The notes: generated from the letters alone by a model not told the origin. A stretch of DNA of 64,000 nucleotides from Minisyncoccota bacterium (GCA_036517335.1 DATDWX010000033.1:9-64008), one strand, 5' to 3'; counted from the stretch's first letter, positions 28,713-39,300 are shown. Made by a program: numbers and translations.

Positions 28713-28762
28713 GGCATCATGCGAAGATCGAGGAGTGGAAGAAAAAGAAACGCTCGAAATAA
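28713..28762 (+). pseudogene. Duplicate of the trmD 3' end
   Basis: HHAKIEEWKKKKRSK* versus HHAKIEEWKKKRRK*; separated from trmD by a hairpin at 28668-28713. Confidence 0.85.
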
Positions 28763-28768
28763 AAAGAA

Positions 28769-28829
28769 AGCGCCCCCTCCGTCGCGAAACGAAGAGGTTG
28801 CTTCTTCGTTTCGCCCGGAAAGGGGCGTT
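28769..28829. terminator. Long hairpin between convergent genes
   Basis: cgcccc..gcgaaacgaaga / tcttcgtttcgc..ggggcg. Confidence 0.6.
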
Positions 28830-29076
28830 AGCAGCGGCGTGTAAGGGCCGCGAGGAGTTGTTGCGTGTGCTGACCACCTGTGGTCAACAGGTCGGCGCCA
28901 ACGGCGATACAAGCGACGGCACCGAAGAACCACATCGTGGTTTCGCCGTCGCTCGGCGCGCTGATTTGACGCTGATACGACGGGGTGCCGAAGCTTTTCG
29001 CACCCCACGCGGCTGCAAAGCCAAGGCCGGTGCCGACGAGCAGGAGGGCAGACCCTCCAATCAGTTGACCAAACAT
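28828..29076 (-). CDS. Small 2-TM hypothetical protein
   Basis: Own promoter TTGACA-17-TACACT (29108-29136) and GGAG SD. Confidence 0.6.
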   Translation of the reverse strand: MFGQLIGGSALLLVGTGLGFAAAWGAKSFGTPSYQRQISAPSDGETTMWFFGAVACIAVGADLLTTGGQHTQQLLAALTRRC

Positions 29077-29322
29077 GGTTTTCTTGCTCCCAAAGTTAAC
29101 CTCTTGGAGTGTAGCATATATATATCACCATGTCAAGGTTGACGACAAGGCCTTTACTGATACAATGCCGCCACATTTGCTCGCATGCCGAATGAGTTGC
29201 GGTTGCGCCTTCGAGTGAAGAATCGTTAGTGTGGGGTGGAAGCCATGCTGACATTTTTAATAATCCAACTCATATAGATCGACGCTCTGCGCCTCGACGT
29301 TTTGCGTTTGACTACATACAAA

Positions 29323-32300
29323 ATGGCGAAAACCAAAGCGGTGCGACCGCAGAAATTCTTCGGCAAGTTTCGCGAGCCTCTCGTGAAAATGCCAAATCTC
29401 GTGGACAGCCAGCTGGCCAGCTTCCGCGAGTTCATCGAAGGTGGCGCGGAGCGCGTTTTTAAAGAGTTCTCGCCGATATCGGACCACGCCGGAAAGAAAT
29501 TTGAATTGAAACTCGTCAAATTCACCTTTGGTGATGTGCGCTGGGACGAGCACTACGCCAAGCGGACGATGCGCACGTATGAAGCGCCGCTCTCGATGGT
29601 GGTGAAATTGAAGAACAAAACGACGGGCGAGGAAAAGGAGCAGGAAATTTTCTTGGCGGATTTTCCGTGGATGACGGCGCACGGCTCGTTCATCATCAAC
29701 GGCGTTGAGCGTGTCGTCGTGTCGCAGCTCGCTCGCTCGTACGGCGTCTTTTTTGAAGCGGTGCCGATAAAGGGCAAAACATATTTCGCGGCAAAAATAA
29801 TCCCCGCTCGCGGCGTGTGGATCGAGATCGAGAGCGATCCGGATGGCGGCATGTACGTGAAGGTAGATCGCAAACGCCGCTTCCCTATCACTACTCTCCT
29901 GCGCTGCCTCGGGCTCACGACCGATTCGGAGATCCAAGGTCATTTTTCCCAATCAGCCCCCGCCTGCGACGCTGTGAACGCAACTTTGCAACACGACACC
30001 GCGAAGACGCCGGAAGAGGCGTTTGTAGAGATCTACCGCCGATTGCGCGATGGTGACATCGCCACAGCCGACAACGCGCGTGATCACGTGCAGACCATCC
30101 TCTCGGGAGAGCGCTATGATCTTTCGAAAGTGGGCCGTTTTCACTTCAATCGCCGCTTCGGTTTGCCTACCGGAGAGAAAGAGCTCACTGGTTCGACTCT
30201 CACGCAGGGCGACGTCGTCCGGATCGTGACACATATCGCTGAACTAAACGCCGATCCAAAAGCAGAAGGCGACGACATCGACCACCTCGGCTTCCGTCGC
30301 GTGCGATTCGTCGGCGAGTTGCTTGAGCAGCGGATGCGCGTGGGACTCTCGCGCATGAAGCGCAATATCCAAGACAGGATGGCGATGGTGGACGCGGAGA
30401 CGTCGAGTCCGGTTTCTATGATCAATCCTCGCCCCTTCCAGGCCGCGATACGCGAATTCTTCACCACCGACCAGCTATCGCAGCTCATGCAGCAGTACAA
30501 CACACTCGATGAGATAGAACACCTCCGCATTCTCTCCACGCTCGGCCGGGGCGGCCTCACCTCGGAGCGCGCTGGTCTTGAGGTGCGCGACGTGCACTCG
30601 TCGCACTACGGCAGGGTTTGCCCCATTCACACACCAGAAGGCAAGAACATCGGCCTCGTCTTGCACCTTTCGCTCTACGCGAGACCCAACGAGTTTGGCA
30701 TCATCGAGACCCCGTATGCCAAAGTGGAAAAGGCCGTCGTAAGCGACAAGATCCTGTATTTGAACGCATTCGAGGAAGAACAGTACGCGATCGCGCACGC
30801 AGCGACCGCGCGCGACGAACACGGCAAGATCATCGAAAAAATGGTCGAGGCGCGCAAGGGCGGCAAACCGACCCTCGTCCCGCGCGACGAAGTAGATTTT
30901 ATGGAAGTGGCCACCAACCAGCCGTTCTCGGTCGCGACGTCCCTCATCCCATTCGTCGAGAATGACGACGCGAACCGTGCGCTCATGGGTTCCAACATGC
31001 AAAAGCAAGCAGTGCCTCTGGTCGTCCCCGAGGCGCCCGTGGTCGCAACAGGTGTTGAAGCGGCCGCCGCGCACGACTCTGGTCGCCTCGTCCTTGCAGA
31101 CGAAGCAGGAGAAATCGTGTACGCCGATGCGCGGATGGTCAAGGTGAAAAATCAGGACGGTAAGACCAAGCAATATGATCTCGTAACCTTTTTGCGCACC
31201 AATGGCTTCACGACGCTCAATCAACGCCCAGCCGTTCGAGCAGGAGATCGCGTCAAGCGCGGAGACATACTCGCCGATATGTCTACATCGGTCGGCGGCC
31301 AGCTCTCGATCGGGCAAAACGTCCGGGTAGCATTCTTGCCGTGGTTTGGCGCTAATTACGAAGACGCAATCGTCATTTCAGAGCGTCTCGCGAAGACGGC
31401 GAAATTTACCTCCATCCACATGGAAGAATTCGTCTCCGTCGTGCGCGACACGAAGCTCGGTCCTGAAGTCACGACGCACGACATTTCCAATGTATCCGAA
31501 TTCAAGCTCCGCAATCTCGATGAGGACGGGATCGTGCGCATTGGCGCCGAGGTGCGTCCCGGCGATATTTTGGTAGGCAAAGTAACGCCCAAGGGCGAGA
31601 CGCAGCTGACTCCCGAAGAGCGGCTTTTGCACGCGATATTCGGCGAGAAAGCAAAGGACGTGAAAGACACTTCACTGCGTATGGAAGGCGGCAAGCGCGG
31701 CCGCGTCATCGGGGTCAAGGTGTTTTCGCGCGAGTCTGGCGACAATTTGGAGAGCGGCGTTATCAAACGCGTGCATGTGGAGGTGGCGCAGCTGCGCGCG
31801 ATCTCGGTGGGCGATAAGCTTGCCGGCCGTCACGGCAACAAGGGTGTCATATCGCGCGTCCTGCCGGAAGAAGACATGCCGTTCGACGAAGACGGCAACC
31901 CCGTGGATATTATTCTTACGCCACTTGGCGTGCCGAGCCGCATGAATCTCGGGCAAATTTTGGAGTTGCACCTTGGGCTCGCGGCAGGTGCCCTCGGATA
32001 CCAAGCAGTGGTGCCGTCATTCGCCGGTGCGACCGAAGTCGAGATCAGGGAAGAATTGAAAAAGGCCGGTTTCCATGAGAGCGGTAAGCGCAAGCTCTTC
32101 GACGGTCGCACCGGCGAAGCGTTTGCGCAGCCGGTATCGGTGGGCGTGATGTACATGCTGAAGTTGCACCACATGGTGGAAGACAAGATCCACATGCGCT
32201 CAATCGGTCCGTATTCGCTCACGACACAGCAACCTCTCGGCGGCAAAGCGCAAAACGGCGGCCAGCGGGTGGGGGAAATGGAAGTCTGGGCGTTCCTCGG

Positions 32301-32502
32301 CTACGGCGCCGCATACTCACTGCGTGAGATCCTCACGATCAAATCCGACGACATTCTCGGCCGCTCCGCCGCCTTCGATGCAATCGTTAGTGGCAAACGC
32401 ATTGTGGAGAGCAATACGCCCGCGACCTTCAATGTGCTCGTGCGGCACCTGCGCGGACTTGGCATTGATATGGAGTTTATGAGCGAATCAGCGAACCAAT
32501 AA
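29323..32502 (+). CDS. rpoB: RNA polymerase beta subunit
   Basis: FIINGVERV, DDIDHLG, HYGRVCP, RALMGSNMQ, GDKLAGRHGNKG, GQRVGEME. Confidence 0.98.
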   Translation: MAKTKAVRPQKFFGKFREPLVKMPNLVDSQLASFREFIEGGAERVFKEFSPISDHAGKKFELKLVKFTFGDVRWDEHYAKRTMRTYEAPLSMVVKLKNKTTGEEKEQEIFLADFPWMTAHGSFIINGVERVVVSQLARSYGVFFEAVPIKGKTYFAAKIIPARGVWIEIESDPDGGMYVKVDRKRRFPITTLLRCLGLTTDSEIQGHFSQSAPACDAVNATLQHDTAKTPEEAFVEIYRRLRDGDIATADNARDHVQTILSGERYDLSKVGRFHFNRRFGLPTGEKELTGSTLTQGDVVRIVTHIAELNADPKAEGDDIDHLGFRRVRFVGELLEQRMRVGLSRMKRNIQDRMAMVDAETSSPVSMINPRPFQAAIREFFTTDQLSQLMQQYNTLDEIEHLRILSTLGRGGLTSERAGLEVRDVHSSHYGRVCPIHTPEGKNIGLVLHLSLYARPNEFGIIETPYAKVEKAVVSDKILYLNAFEEEQYAIAHAATARDEHGKIIEKMVEARKGGKPTLVPRDEVDFMEVATNQPFSVATSLIPFVENDDANRALMGSNMQKQAVPLVVPEAPVVATGVEAAAAHDSGRLVLADEAGEIVYADARMVKVKNQDGKTKQYDLVTFLRTNGFTTLNQRPAVRAGDRVKRGDILADMSTSVGGQLSIGQNVRVAFLPWFGANYEDAIVISERLAKTAKFTSIHMEEFVSVVRDTKLGPEVTTHDISNVSEFKLRNLDEDGIVRIGAEVRPGDILVGKVTPKGETQLTPEERLLHAIFGEKAKDVKDTSLRMEGGKRGRVIGVKVFSRESGDNLESGVIKRVHVEVAQLRAISVGDKLAGRHGNKGVISRVLPEEDMPFDEDGNPVDIILTPLGVPSRMNLGQILELHLGLAAGALGYQAVVPSFAGATEVEIREELKKAGFHESGKRKLFDGRTGEAFAQPVSVGVMYMLKLHHMVEDKIHMRSIGPYSLTTQQPLGGKAQNGGQRVGEMEVWAFLGYGAAYSLREILTIKSDDILGRSAAFDAIVSGKRIVESNTPATFNVLVRHLRGLGIDMEFMSESANQ

Positions 32503-32506
32503 TAGT

Positions 32507-35500
32507 ATGGCTGCTCCAAAAAGAAAAGACATGATCCCGCAAGAATTCGATGCCGTGACGATGAGGCTTGCCTCACCCGAGCGCATGCTCGAGTGGTCGC
32601 ACGGAGAGATCACGAAGCCGGAAACCATCAACTACCGCACCCAGCGGCCCGAGAAAAACGGTCTCTTCGATGAACGTGTCTTCGGTCCCGAAAAAGACTA
32701 CGAATGTTATTGCGGTAAATACCGCGGCATCCGCTTCCGCGGCATCATTTGTGAGAAGTGCGGCGTGGAGATCACGCGTGCCATTGTACGGCGCGAGCGC
32801 ATGGGCCACATTGATCTCGCAACTCCCGTGACCCACATCTGGTTCCTCCGGGGAATCCCTTCGAGGATCGCGCTCATGCTTGGCCTTTCTGCCGCAGAGG
32901 TGGAGAAAGTCGTCTATTTCGCTGGGTACATTGTCACATCGGTGGCAGAAGCAGAGCGGACGCGCCTCTTGAAAGACCTTGAGCAGGAGTTCCAGATGAA
33001 AACGAAGTCAGCTGCGAACGCAGAAGAGAAGACGCGGCTCAAGGATCTTGCGCAAAAAGCAAAGAAGGAAATTGAATCAATCAAGGAAGGTTCTGTTCTC
33101 GATGAGGCATCGTACCACCTTTTTGCCGTCAAGTACGGCGCAATGTTCCGTGCCGCGATCGGTGCCGAGGCCCTGTTCAATATAATGAAACATCTCGATC
33201 TTAAGGCGTTCATCAAGCGGCTGAAAGGAGAGCAGGGGACGGCGGGAGCGGCCGAGCGCGAAAAATTGCGCAAGCGCCTCGCGCTCGCCGAGTCTTTGCA
33301 GCGAGCAGGCGTGCGACCGGAGTGGATGTTTATCACGCGCCTGCCCGTCGTGCCGCCAGCCTTGCGACCCATGGTCGCCCTCGAAGGCGGCCGCCACGCG
33401 TCGTCGGATCTCAACGATCTCTACCGTCGTGTCATCAATCGCAACAACCGCCTCAAGCGACTGCAACAGATCAATGCACCCGAGGTCATTTTGCGCAATG
33501 AAAAGCGTATTTTGCAGGAAGCTGTGGACGCACTTCTCGACAACTCTATGCGCCGCGGAGCGGGCATTTCCGGCATTTTGGGCGGCCGAAGGCGTGCCTT
33601 GAAATCTCTGGCAGATTATTTGAAAGGCAAACACGGCTATCTTCGGCAAAATTTGCTCGGCAAGCGCGTAGATTATTCGGGCCGCTCCGTCATTGTGGTC
33701 GGCCCCGACCTCGCGCTCGACCAGTGCGGATTGCCCAAGCACATGGTCTTGGAGCTCTTCCGCCCCTTCGTTATTCAAGGGCTTCTCGCACGCGAGCTCG
33801 CCTACAACATCCGTGGCGCCGGACGCCTCATCGAAGACGAATCACCGGATGTGTGGCCGATCCTCGAAGAGGCGATCGAAAATAAGTACGTCCTCTTAAA
33901 CCGCGCGCCGACACTCCACCGTCAATCCATTCAGGCGTTCCGGCCCGTATTGATCGAAGGCAACGCGATCCAGGTGCACCCATTGGTGTGCCCCGCATAC
34001 AATGCCGACTTCGACGGGGACGCCATGGCGGTGCACGTGCCACTGACGGAGGCTGCGCAGCTCGAGGCGGCGCAGATCATGTCTGCCAACAAAAACATTT
34101 TGAAGCCGGGAAGCGGCGACGTGGTTGTTGCATCGAAGCTCCTCGACATCGTCCTTGGCTGCTACTGGATGACGAAGTCGGTGGACAAAATGAAAGGCGA
34201 AGGCACTGCCTTCCCTTCCACCAACGCCGCAATAACAGCCTTCGATTTCGGCGCGATCGATCTGCGCGCGAAGATAAAAGTCTTGCCGAGTACCAATAAA
34301 AAATATGCACAATTCAAGGGCGCGATCTTCGAGACCACGGTCGGGCGGCTCCTCTTCAACTCCGTCCTGCCCAATGTTTTCCCGTACCTTAATGAAGAGA
34401 TCACCAACAAGCGTATGCTTGCCCTGGTGCAGAATCTAGTCACCGAATACAAGCTGGACGGCATTCCGGCGATACTCGACAAGATCAAGACCTTCGGTTT
34501 TCGCTACGCGACGCACGCGGGCATTACGTGGTCCATCTCCGACGTTGTTGTTCCCGACATCAAGAAAGAATTGGTCGCAGGAGGTCAGGCGCACGCAGCG
34601 CGCGAACAAGAAAATTACCGGGACGGACTCCTCACGGAAGAGGAGCGTAAGCGAATGACGATCGAGATCTGGGCCAAAGTATCTGCCGACCTGCGCAAGT
34701 ACGTCGTCGAGTCACTCGACCCCAACGGCTCCGTACACGACATGATCCAGTCCGGCGCTCGTGGCTCCGTCGTGCAATTGCACCAGATGGTCGGCATGAA
34801 GGGACTCATCACCAACCCGCGTGGCGAGATCATTGAGTTCCCCGTCCGTTCGTCCCTGAAAGAAGGTCTTACTCCGATCGAATACTTCATCTCGACACAC
34901 GGCGCTAGGAAGGGTCTTGCCGACACGGCTCTTAATACAGCGCGCGCTGGCTACCTCACGCGCCGTCTCTTCGACGTCGCGCATGACGTTGTCATTTTAG
35001 AGCCCGATTGTGGCGTCAAAGACGGTATCGCGATCGCACGGCCGGGCAAGGAAAACATCGGCGAGAGTTTTGCGGACCGCCTTGCGGGGCGGGTGCTTGC
35101 CGAGGACATCGATGGAAGCTTCTCCGCCTCCGGCGGGAAGCGAGGCCGTCTTCTCACGCGGGACGACGCGCAGGCTATAGAAGATAATTCAAAGATCAAG
35201 GAGGCTGTCGTGCGCTCCCCCATGCACTGCAAAGTTGCTCGCGGCGTGTGCCAAAAATGCTATGGCGTGGATCTGGCAAGCGGCGAGCTTGTGGATCTCG
35301 GCGAGGCTGTGGGGGTGATTGCGGCGCAAGCGATCGGGGAGCCGGGTACGCAGCTCACGATGCGTACCTTCCACACAGGAGGCGTGGCACAAAGTGGTGG
35401 CGACATCACGATGGGCTTGCCGCGCGTCGAGGAAATATTCGAATGTCGCATGCCAAAATCGCCTGCCCTTCTCGCGCGCGTATCGGGCGTCGTCTCTGAT

Positions 35501-36202
35501 ATTACTCGCGATGGCGAAGAGCACGTGATCACCATTGTCCCCGAGGTCGCCAGCACCAAAACAGCCAAGGCTGCAAAGAAAGAGACCGAATACAGAGCCA
35601 CCGCTTTCCGCCAAATCGTCGTGAAAGTAGGGCATAGTGTGGTGAAGGGCGACTACCTAACAGACGGCTCGGCAGACCTCGACGAGCTCTACATGCTCGC
35701 GGGCAAAGAGCGCGCGCAAAATTACATCATCAGTGAAGTCACTCGCATCTACGAACTGCAGGGCGTGTCGACCGCGCGCAAACACTTGGAAATTATCGTG
35801 AAGCAAATGTTTAGCCGCGTATCGGTCGTCTCTCCCGGCGATACGGGGGTTTCCGCGGGAGAAATTCTTGCCGACTTCAAATATGAGCAGCTCAATGAGA
35901 GTGCAAAGGAAACGGGCAGCGAGAAAGCGGTGGGTAAGCAGCTGCTTCTCGGCATCACCGAAGTGTCGCTCACCAGGGCGTCGTTCCTCTCCGCGATCTC
36001 ATTCCAAAACACACCGCGCAAGCTCGCAGAAGCCGCCGTCTCGGGTGCCGTGGACCGACTCGTCGGTCTCAAAGAAAACGTGATCATCGGCCGCCTCATC
36101 CCCGCAGGCACGGGCTTCCCGGGCAGCAAGAAGCACAAAATGATCGAAGATATGGAAACAAGCCTCGCGGCGAGTGTTCCAGCGGAAGCGGAAGGGGCGT
36201 AA
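32507..36202 (+). CDS. rpoC: RNA polymerase beta' subunit
   Basis: KPETINYRT, Zn finger, LLGKRVDYSGRS, NADFDGD, GEPGTQLTMRTFH, LKENVIIGRLIPAGTG. Confidence 0.98.
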   Translation: MAAPKRKDMIPQEFDAVTMRLASPERMLEWSHGEITKPETINYRTQRPEKNGLFDERVFGPEKDYECYCGKYRGIRFRGIICEKCGVEITRAIVRRERMGHIDLATPVTHIWFLRGIPSRIALMLGLSAAEVEKVVYFAGYIVTSVAEAERTRLLKDLEQEFQMKTKSAANAEEKTRLKDLAQKAKKEIESIKEGSVLDEASYHLFAVKYGAMFRAAIGAEALFNIMKHLDLKAFIKRLKGEQGTAGAAEREKLRKRLALAESLQRAGVRPEWMFITRLPVVPPALRPMVALEGGRHASSDLNDLYRRVINRNNRLKRLQQINAPEVILRNEKRILQEAVDALLDNSMRRGAGISGILGGRRRALKSLADYLKGKHGYLRQNLLGKRVDYSGRSVIVVGPDLALDQCGLPKHMVLELFRPFVIQGLLARELAYNIRGAGRLIEDESPDVWPILEEAIENKYVLLNRAPTLHRQSIQAFRPVLIEGNAIQVHPLVCPAYNADFDGDAMAVHVPLTEAAQLEAAQIMSANKNILKPGSGDVVVASKLLDIVLGCYWMTKSVDKMKGEGTAFPSTNAAITAFDFGAIDLRAKIKVLPSTNKKYAQFKGAIFETTVGRLLFNSVLPNVFPYLNEEITNKRMLALVQNLVTEYKLDGIPAILDKIKTFGFRYATHAGITWSISDVVVPDIKKELVAGGQAHAAREQENYRDGLLTEEERKRMTIEIWAKVSADLRKYVVESLDPNGSVHDMIQSGARGSVVQLHQMVGMKGLITNPRGEIIEFPVRSSLKEGLTPIEYFISTHGARKGLADTALNTARAGYLTRRLFDVAHDVVILEPDCGVKDGIAIARPGKENIGESFADRLAGRVLAEDIDGSFSASGGKRGRLLTRDDAQAIEDNSKIKEAVVRSPMHCKVARGVCQKCYGVDLASGELVDLGEAVGVIAAQAIGEPGTQLTMRTFHTGGVAQSGGDITMGLPRVEEIFECRMPKSPALLARVSGVVSDITRDGEEHVITIVPEVASTKTAKAAKKETEYRATAFRQIVVKVGHSVVKGDYLTDGSADLDELYMLAGKERAQNYIISEVTRIYELQGVSTARKHLEIIVKQMFSRVSVVSPGDTGVSAGEILADFKYEQLNESAKETGSEKAVGKQLLLGITEVSLTRASFLSAISFQNTPRKLAEAAVSGAVDRLVGLKENVIIGRLIPAGTGFPGSKKHKMIEDMETSLAASVPAEAEGA

Positions 36203-36276
36203 GGTTGATTCAGTTCACATTGTCTTGTATTGTTGATTTGGACTGCGGGCAACAACGCCTGCAGAAAGGAGGCGTA

Positions 36277-36534
36277 ATGCCGTCGCAAGATACCGACAGT
36301 TTGCACGTTTGGGCGTCGCGCCAGCGTGCCGAGACTGAGATCGAAGGCGCCGAGCTGACAGAAAAATTCAAAGGCTACCCGCACATTCTGCGGTGGATCA
36401 AGCTCTGGATCTTGGTCAGACCATCGGGTATCGAATTTTTGGAAAAGATGGATTTCGACAATCCGCCGTTCGATTTGCGCCATCTTGATAATATCTTGAA
36501 GGTTTTCGTCTTCGATGTCTTGCCACCGCTTTAG
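36277..36534 (+). CDS. Small hypothetical protein
   Basis: AAAGGAGG SD; hairpin at 36578-36617 downstream. Confidence 0.55.
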   Translation: MPSQDTDSLHVWASRQRAETEIEGAELTEKFKGYPHILRWIKLWILVRPSGIEFLEKMDFDNPPFDLRHLDNILKVFVFDVLPPL

Positions 36535-36642
36535 GATGCGGCCAACCTCGGAAGGGCCTACTCGTGCGGCTAAGGAAGAAACCCCGGTCGGCGAATTAAT
36601 CTGCCGACCGGGGTTCGCTTTCCGGTCTTATGGCCTGACGTA

Positions 36643-36673
36643 AATATTAGTGGTTTACGAAACCACTAATATT
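36643..36673. repeat. REP-like palindrome at the 3' end of RAYT-1
   Basis: aatattagtggttt-acg-aaaccactaatatt, perfect 14-bp arms overlapping the stop codon. Further copies at 37162-37182 and 37340-37368. Confidence 0.9.
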
Positions 36674-37328
36674 CCAGGCGGTACTCCTTGAGAGAGCTTG
36701 CTTGGTTGGATCGCAAGAATGACGAGATTTCTTTTTTGTAGTCCTTAAAGACGTCGGAGAAGAGTTCGGTTGTCAGAATTGATGGAAAATTGTGTGTCCC
36801 CGTGTAGTCGAGGTAGCTGCTCCACTTATATTTTTCAAGAGTTTGCAATGCAGCTGTAGCACTCTGCAAACCATGTTGCCGCCATTCCTTGCCGCCGCGA
36901 GAAAAGTCGAGTGGATTACTATGAATGTAATTGAGAATGTGCAAAAAATGTGCGTCGGTATGGATGTGAACCTTCTTGCTGCGTCCCTGAAAAAGCGTGC
37001 CTTGCCGTTTATATCGCTCGTTAAAGTAATTGGCATATCCCACGTTCAGGCGACGAATAAACTTTGTAAGGCCGCCGTCTATCCGTTCAGATATGAGAAG
37101 GTGATAGTGATTTCCCATAAGACACCATGCATGCAGATCAACGATCCGCTCCTTTGCCATATAGTGGTTTCGTAAACCACTAATATCAGACGCGCGATGC
37201 CAAACATTTTTTGCGTCTTCAACGTCATTGAATTCCCACATGTCGTGTACGAACCGGGCCCTGTCCTTGTCATCAAGGAATAATGATCGCTTATCAACGC
37301 CGCGATTCAAAACGTGGTACAGCTCCAT
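36666..37328 (-). mobile_element. RAYT-type (IS200/Y1 HUH) tyrosine transposase 1
   Basis: YHVLNRG, CLMGNHYHLL (HUH), YFNERYKRQGTLFQGR, YIHSNP, WSSY; flanked by palindromes. Confidence 0.9.
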
Positions 37329-37518
37329 ACCATCATTATATATTAGTGGTTTACGAAACCCCTAATATTCGGGCGGGGTTGATTGTCGAACGCTGATCAT
37401 GCCCAAAGGGGCGACCCGTTCGCCCTTTTTGTTTTCCGGATGAGAGGAGCCCCACAGGGGAACTGCTGTTTGTATTCAATCGCTTCGCGCTCGGACAAAG
37501 AGGGAGCATAATGGGCGC

Positions 37519-39300
37519 ATGTCAGATACTGTGCAGCAAATTAAGGATAGGTTGTCTATTACGGATGTGGTCAGCCAGTACGTGAAATTGGAACGAGCGG
37601 GCTCGACACTCCGCGCCCGTTGCCCTTTCCACGCCGAGAAAACACCCTCCTTTTTCGTCTCGCCCGAACGCGGCACCTACCACTGCTTCGGTTGCAATGT
37701 GGGCGGCGACATATTCTCGTTCGTCGAGCAGATCGAGGGACTGGATTTTAAAGGGGCGCTGAAGATTCTTGCAGAAAAAGCCGGCGTGGAGATCGTGTAC
37801 CGGGGCAAGGGTGAGTCTCGGGAGGGCAGGGATGAACGCGACCGATTATTTGCGCTTATGGAAACGGCCGCGATCTTTTATGCGTCGCGCTTGAGCGACG
37901 GGGCGCGGAGTTATTTACAGGGACGCGGCGTCGAAGACGCCACCGTACACGCTTTTCGTATTGGCTGGGCAGGCAATGAGTGGAGCGAGGCGTCGGATTA
38001 TCTGAAAGGCAAAAGGTTTACCGACAAAGAAATGATTGACGCCGGTATTGCAAAGAAAAACGAACGTGGCAACCTGACCGACAAATTCCGCAACCGCATC
38101 ATGTTTCCTATTGCGGATTCAGCCGGGCGCGTGGTGGCTTTTTCTGGTAGAATTTTTGGTGAGCACGCCTCTCCCGAGGCACCCAAATATTTGAATAGCC
38201 CCGAGACGCAGCTGTATCACAAATCCCGGATACTCTACGCATTCGACCGCGCCAAAATGGCTATCCGCAAGGCTGCTTGCGCGGTCTTGGTGGAAGGACA
38301 GATGGATCTCATTATGAGTCACCAAGCAGGATGGACCAACACCGTTGCCGTTTCGGGTACCGCCTTCACGCAGGAGCACGCAGCGCTTATTCGGCGGATG
38401 ACGGATAATCTCGTGCTTGCCCTCGACGCTGATCAGGCGGGTATAAAAGCAGCGGGTCGCGCTGCCCGGGTGGCCCTGCAGGGCGGACTCAATGTGAAAG
38501 TAGCCCAGTTGCCCGAGAATATGGACCCCGCCGACCTCATCGCGAAGCGCGGCATTGATGCGTGGAAAACAGCAATTCGTGAGGCTAAAGACATCATCAC
38601 CTTTTTGCTTGATGTGCTCGAGAAGCACCTGCCTGCGCAGGCAGGTGCCCAGCACAGCGACCGATTTCGCCGTGCGGTGGAGACGGTCGTACTGCCGTTT
38701 GTGGTGGATGTGGGAAGCCCGATTGCGCGTGAGCAGTATATGCGGCAAATCGCAGGGCGCCTCGGCGTCTCGGAGAGCGCAGTCGCAGAGGCGCTGAAGC
38801 GCGTGCCGACCGAGTCTCTCACGACAGGCACCAAGGGAATGGTGGCACCGCCTGAAAGTGGGACAACCACACTGAAGGGTCTCGATAGGGTACAGCCCTC
38901 CTTCGCCAAAGGTTTCGAGAGGACGCGGCATGGATATGCCTTGCTCCTTCTGCAAACTTCGATGCCAAAACCGGACATTGATATTGTGCAATACGCGCGA
39001 GAGCTTGAGGTCGCAATAGGCAAAGAGGCATTCAAAGCTCTCGAAGCCTTGAGCGAATCCGAAAAGGAAGTCCTTCGTTTTTCTGCCGAACGCTTGTACA
39101 GTGCGAGCAAGAATGTAGTGCGTGACGCCCATGAGCTCGTGAAGATCCTCCACGAGGAACGATTGCGGCGCGAACTTGCCGAAGTGGTCAAACTGCAGCA
39201 AAAGGCCGAACGCGCAGGTGGCAAGGCCGAACTGGCCACGCTGGAGAAGCGATCGAAGGTGTTGATAGCCAAGATTGCACAATTGCACGGAAAGGGATAG
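37519..39300 (+). CDS. dnaG: DNA primase
   Basis: CPFHAEKTPSF..CFGC Zn ribbon, FRNRIMFPI, KYLNSPET, VEGQMD, LDADQAG, DPAD. Confidence 0.97.
   Translation: MSDTVQQIKDRLSITDVVSQYVKLERAGSTLRARCPFHAEKTPSFFVSPERGTYHCFGCNVGGDIFSFVEQIEGLDFKGALKILAEKAGVEIVYRGKGESREGRDERDRLFALMETAAIFYASRLSDGARSYLQGRGVEDATVHAFRIGWAGNEWSEASDYLKGKRFTDKEMIDAGIAKKNERGNLTDKFRNRIMFPIADSAGRVVAFSGRIFGEHASPEAPKYLNSPETQLYHKSRILYAFDRAKMAIRKAACAVLVEGQMDLIMSHQAGWTNTVAVSGTAFTQEHAALIRRMTDNLVLALDADQAGIKAAGRAARVALQGGLNVKVAQLPENMDPADLIAKRGIDAWKTAIREAKDIITFLLDVLEKHLPAQAGAQHSDRFRRAVETVVLPFVVDVGSPIAREQYMRQIAGRLGVSESAVAEALKRVPTESLTTGTKGMVAPPESGTTTLKGLDRVQPSFAKGFERTRHGYALLLLQTSMPKPDIDIVQYARELEVAIGKEAFKALEALSESEKEVLRFSAERLYSASKNVVRDAHELVKILHEERLRRELAEVVKLQQKAERAGGKAELATLEKRSKVLIAKIAQLHGKG

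Noticed and set aside
18454-36202. Inteins or introns in dnaE, rpoB, rpoC
   Set aside because: Lengths are normal or short, with no intein-like blocks or frame breaks.
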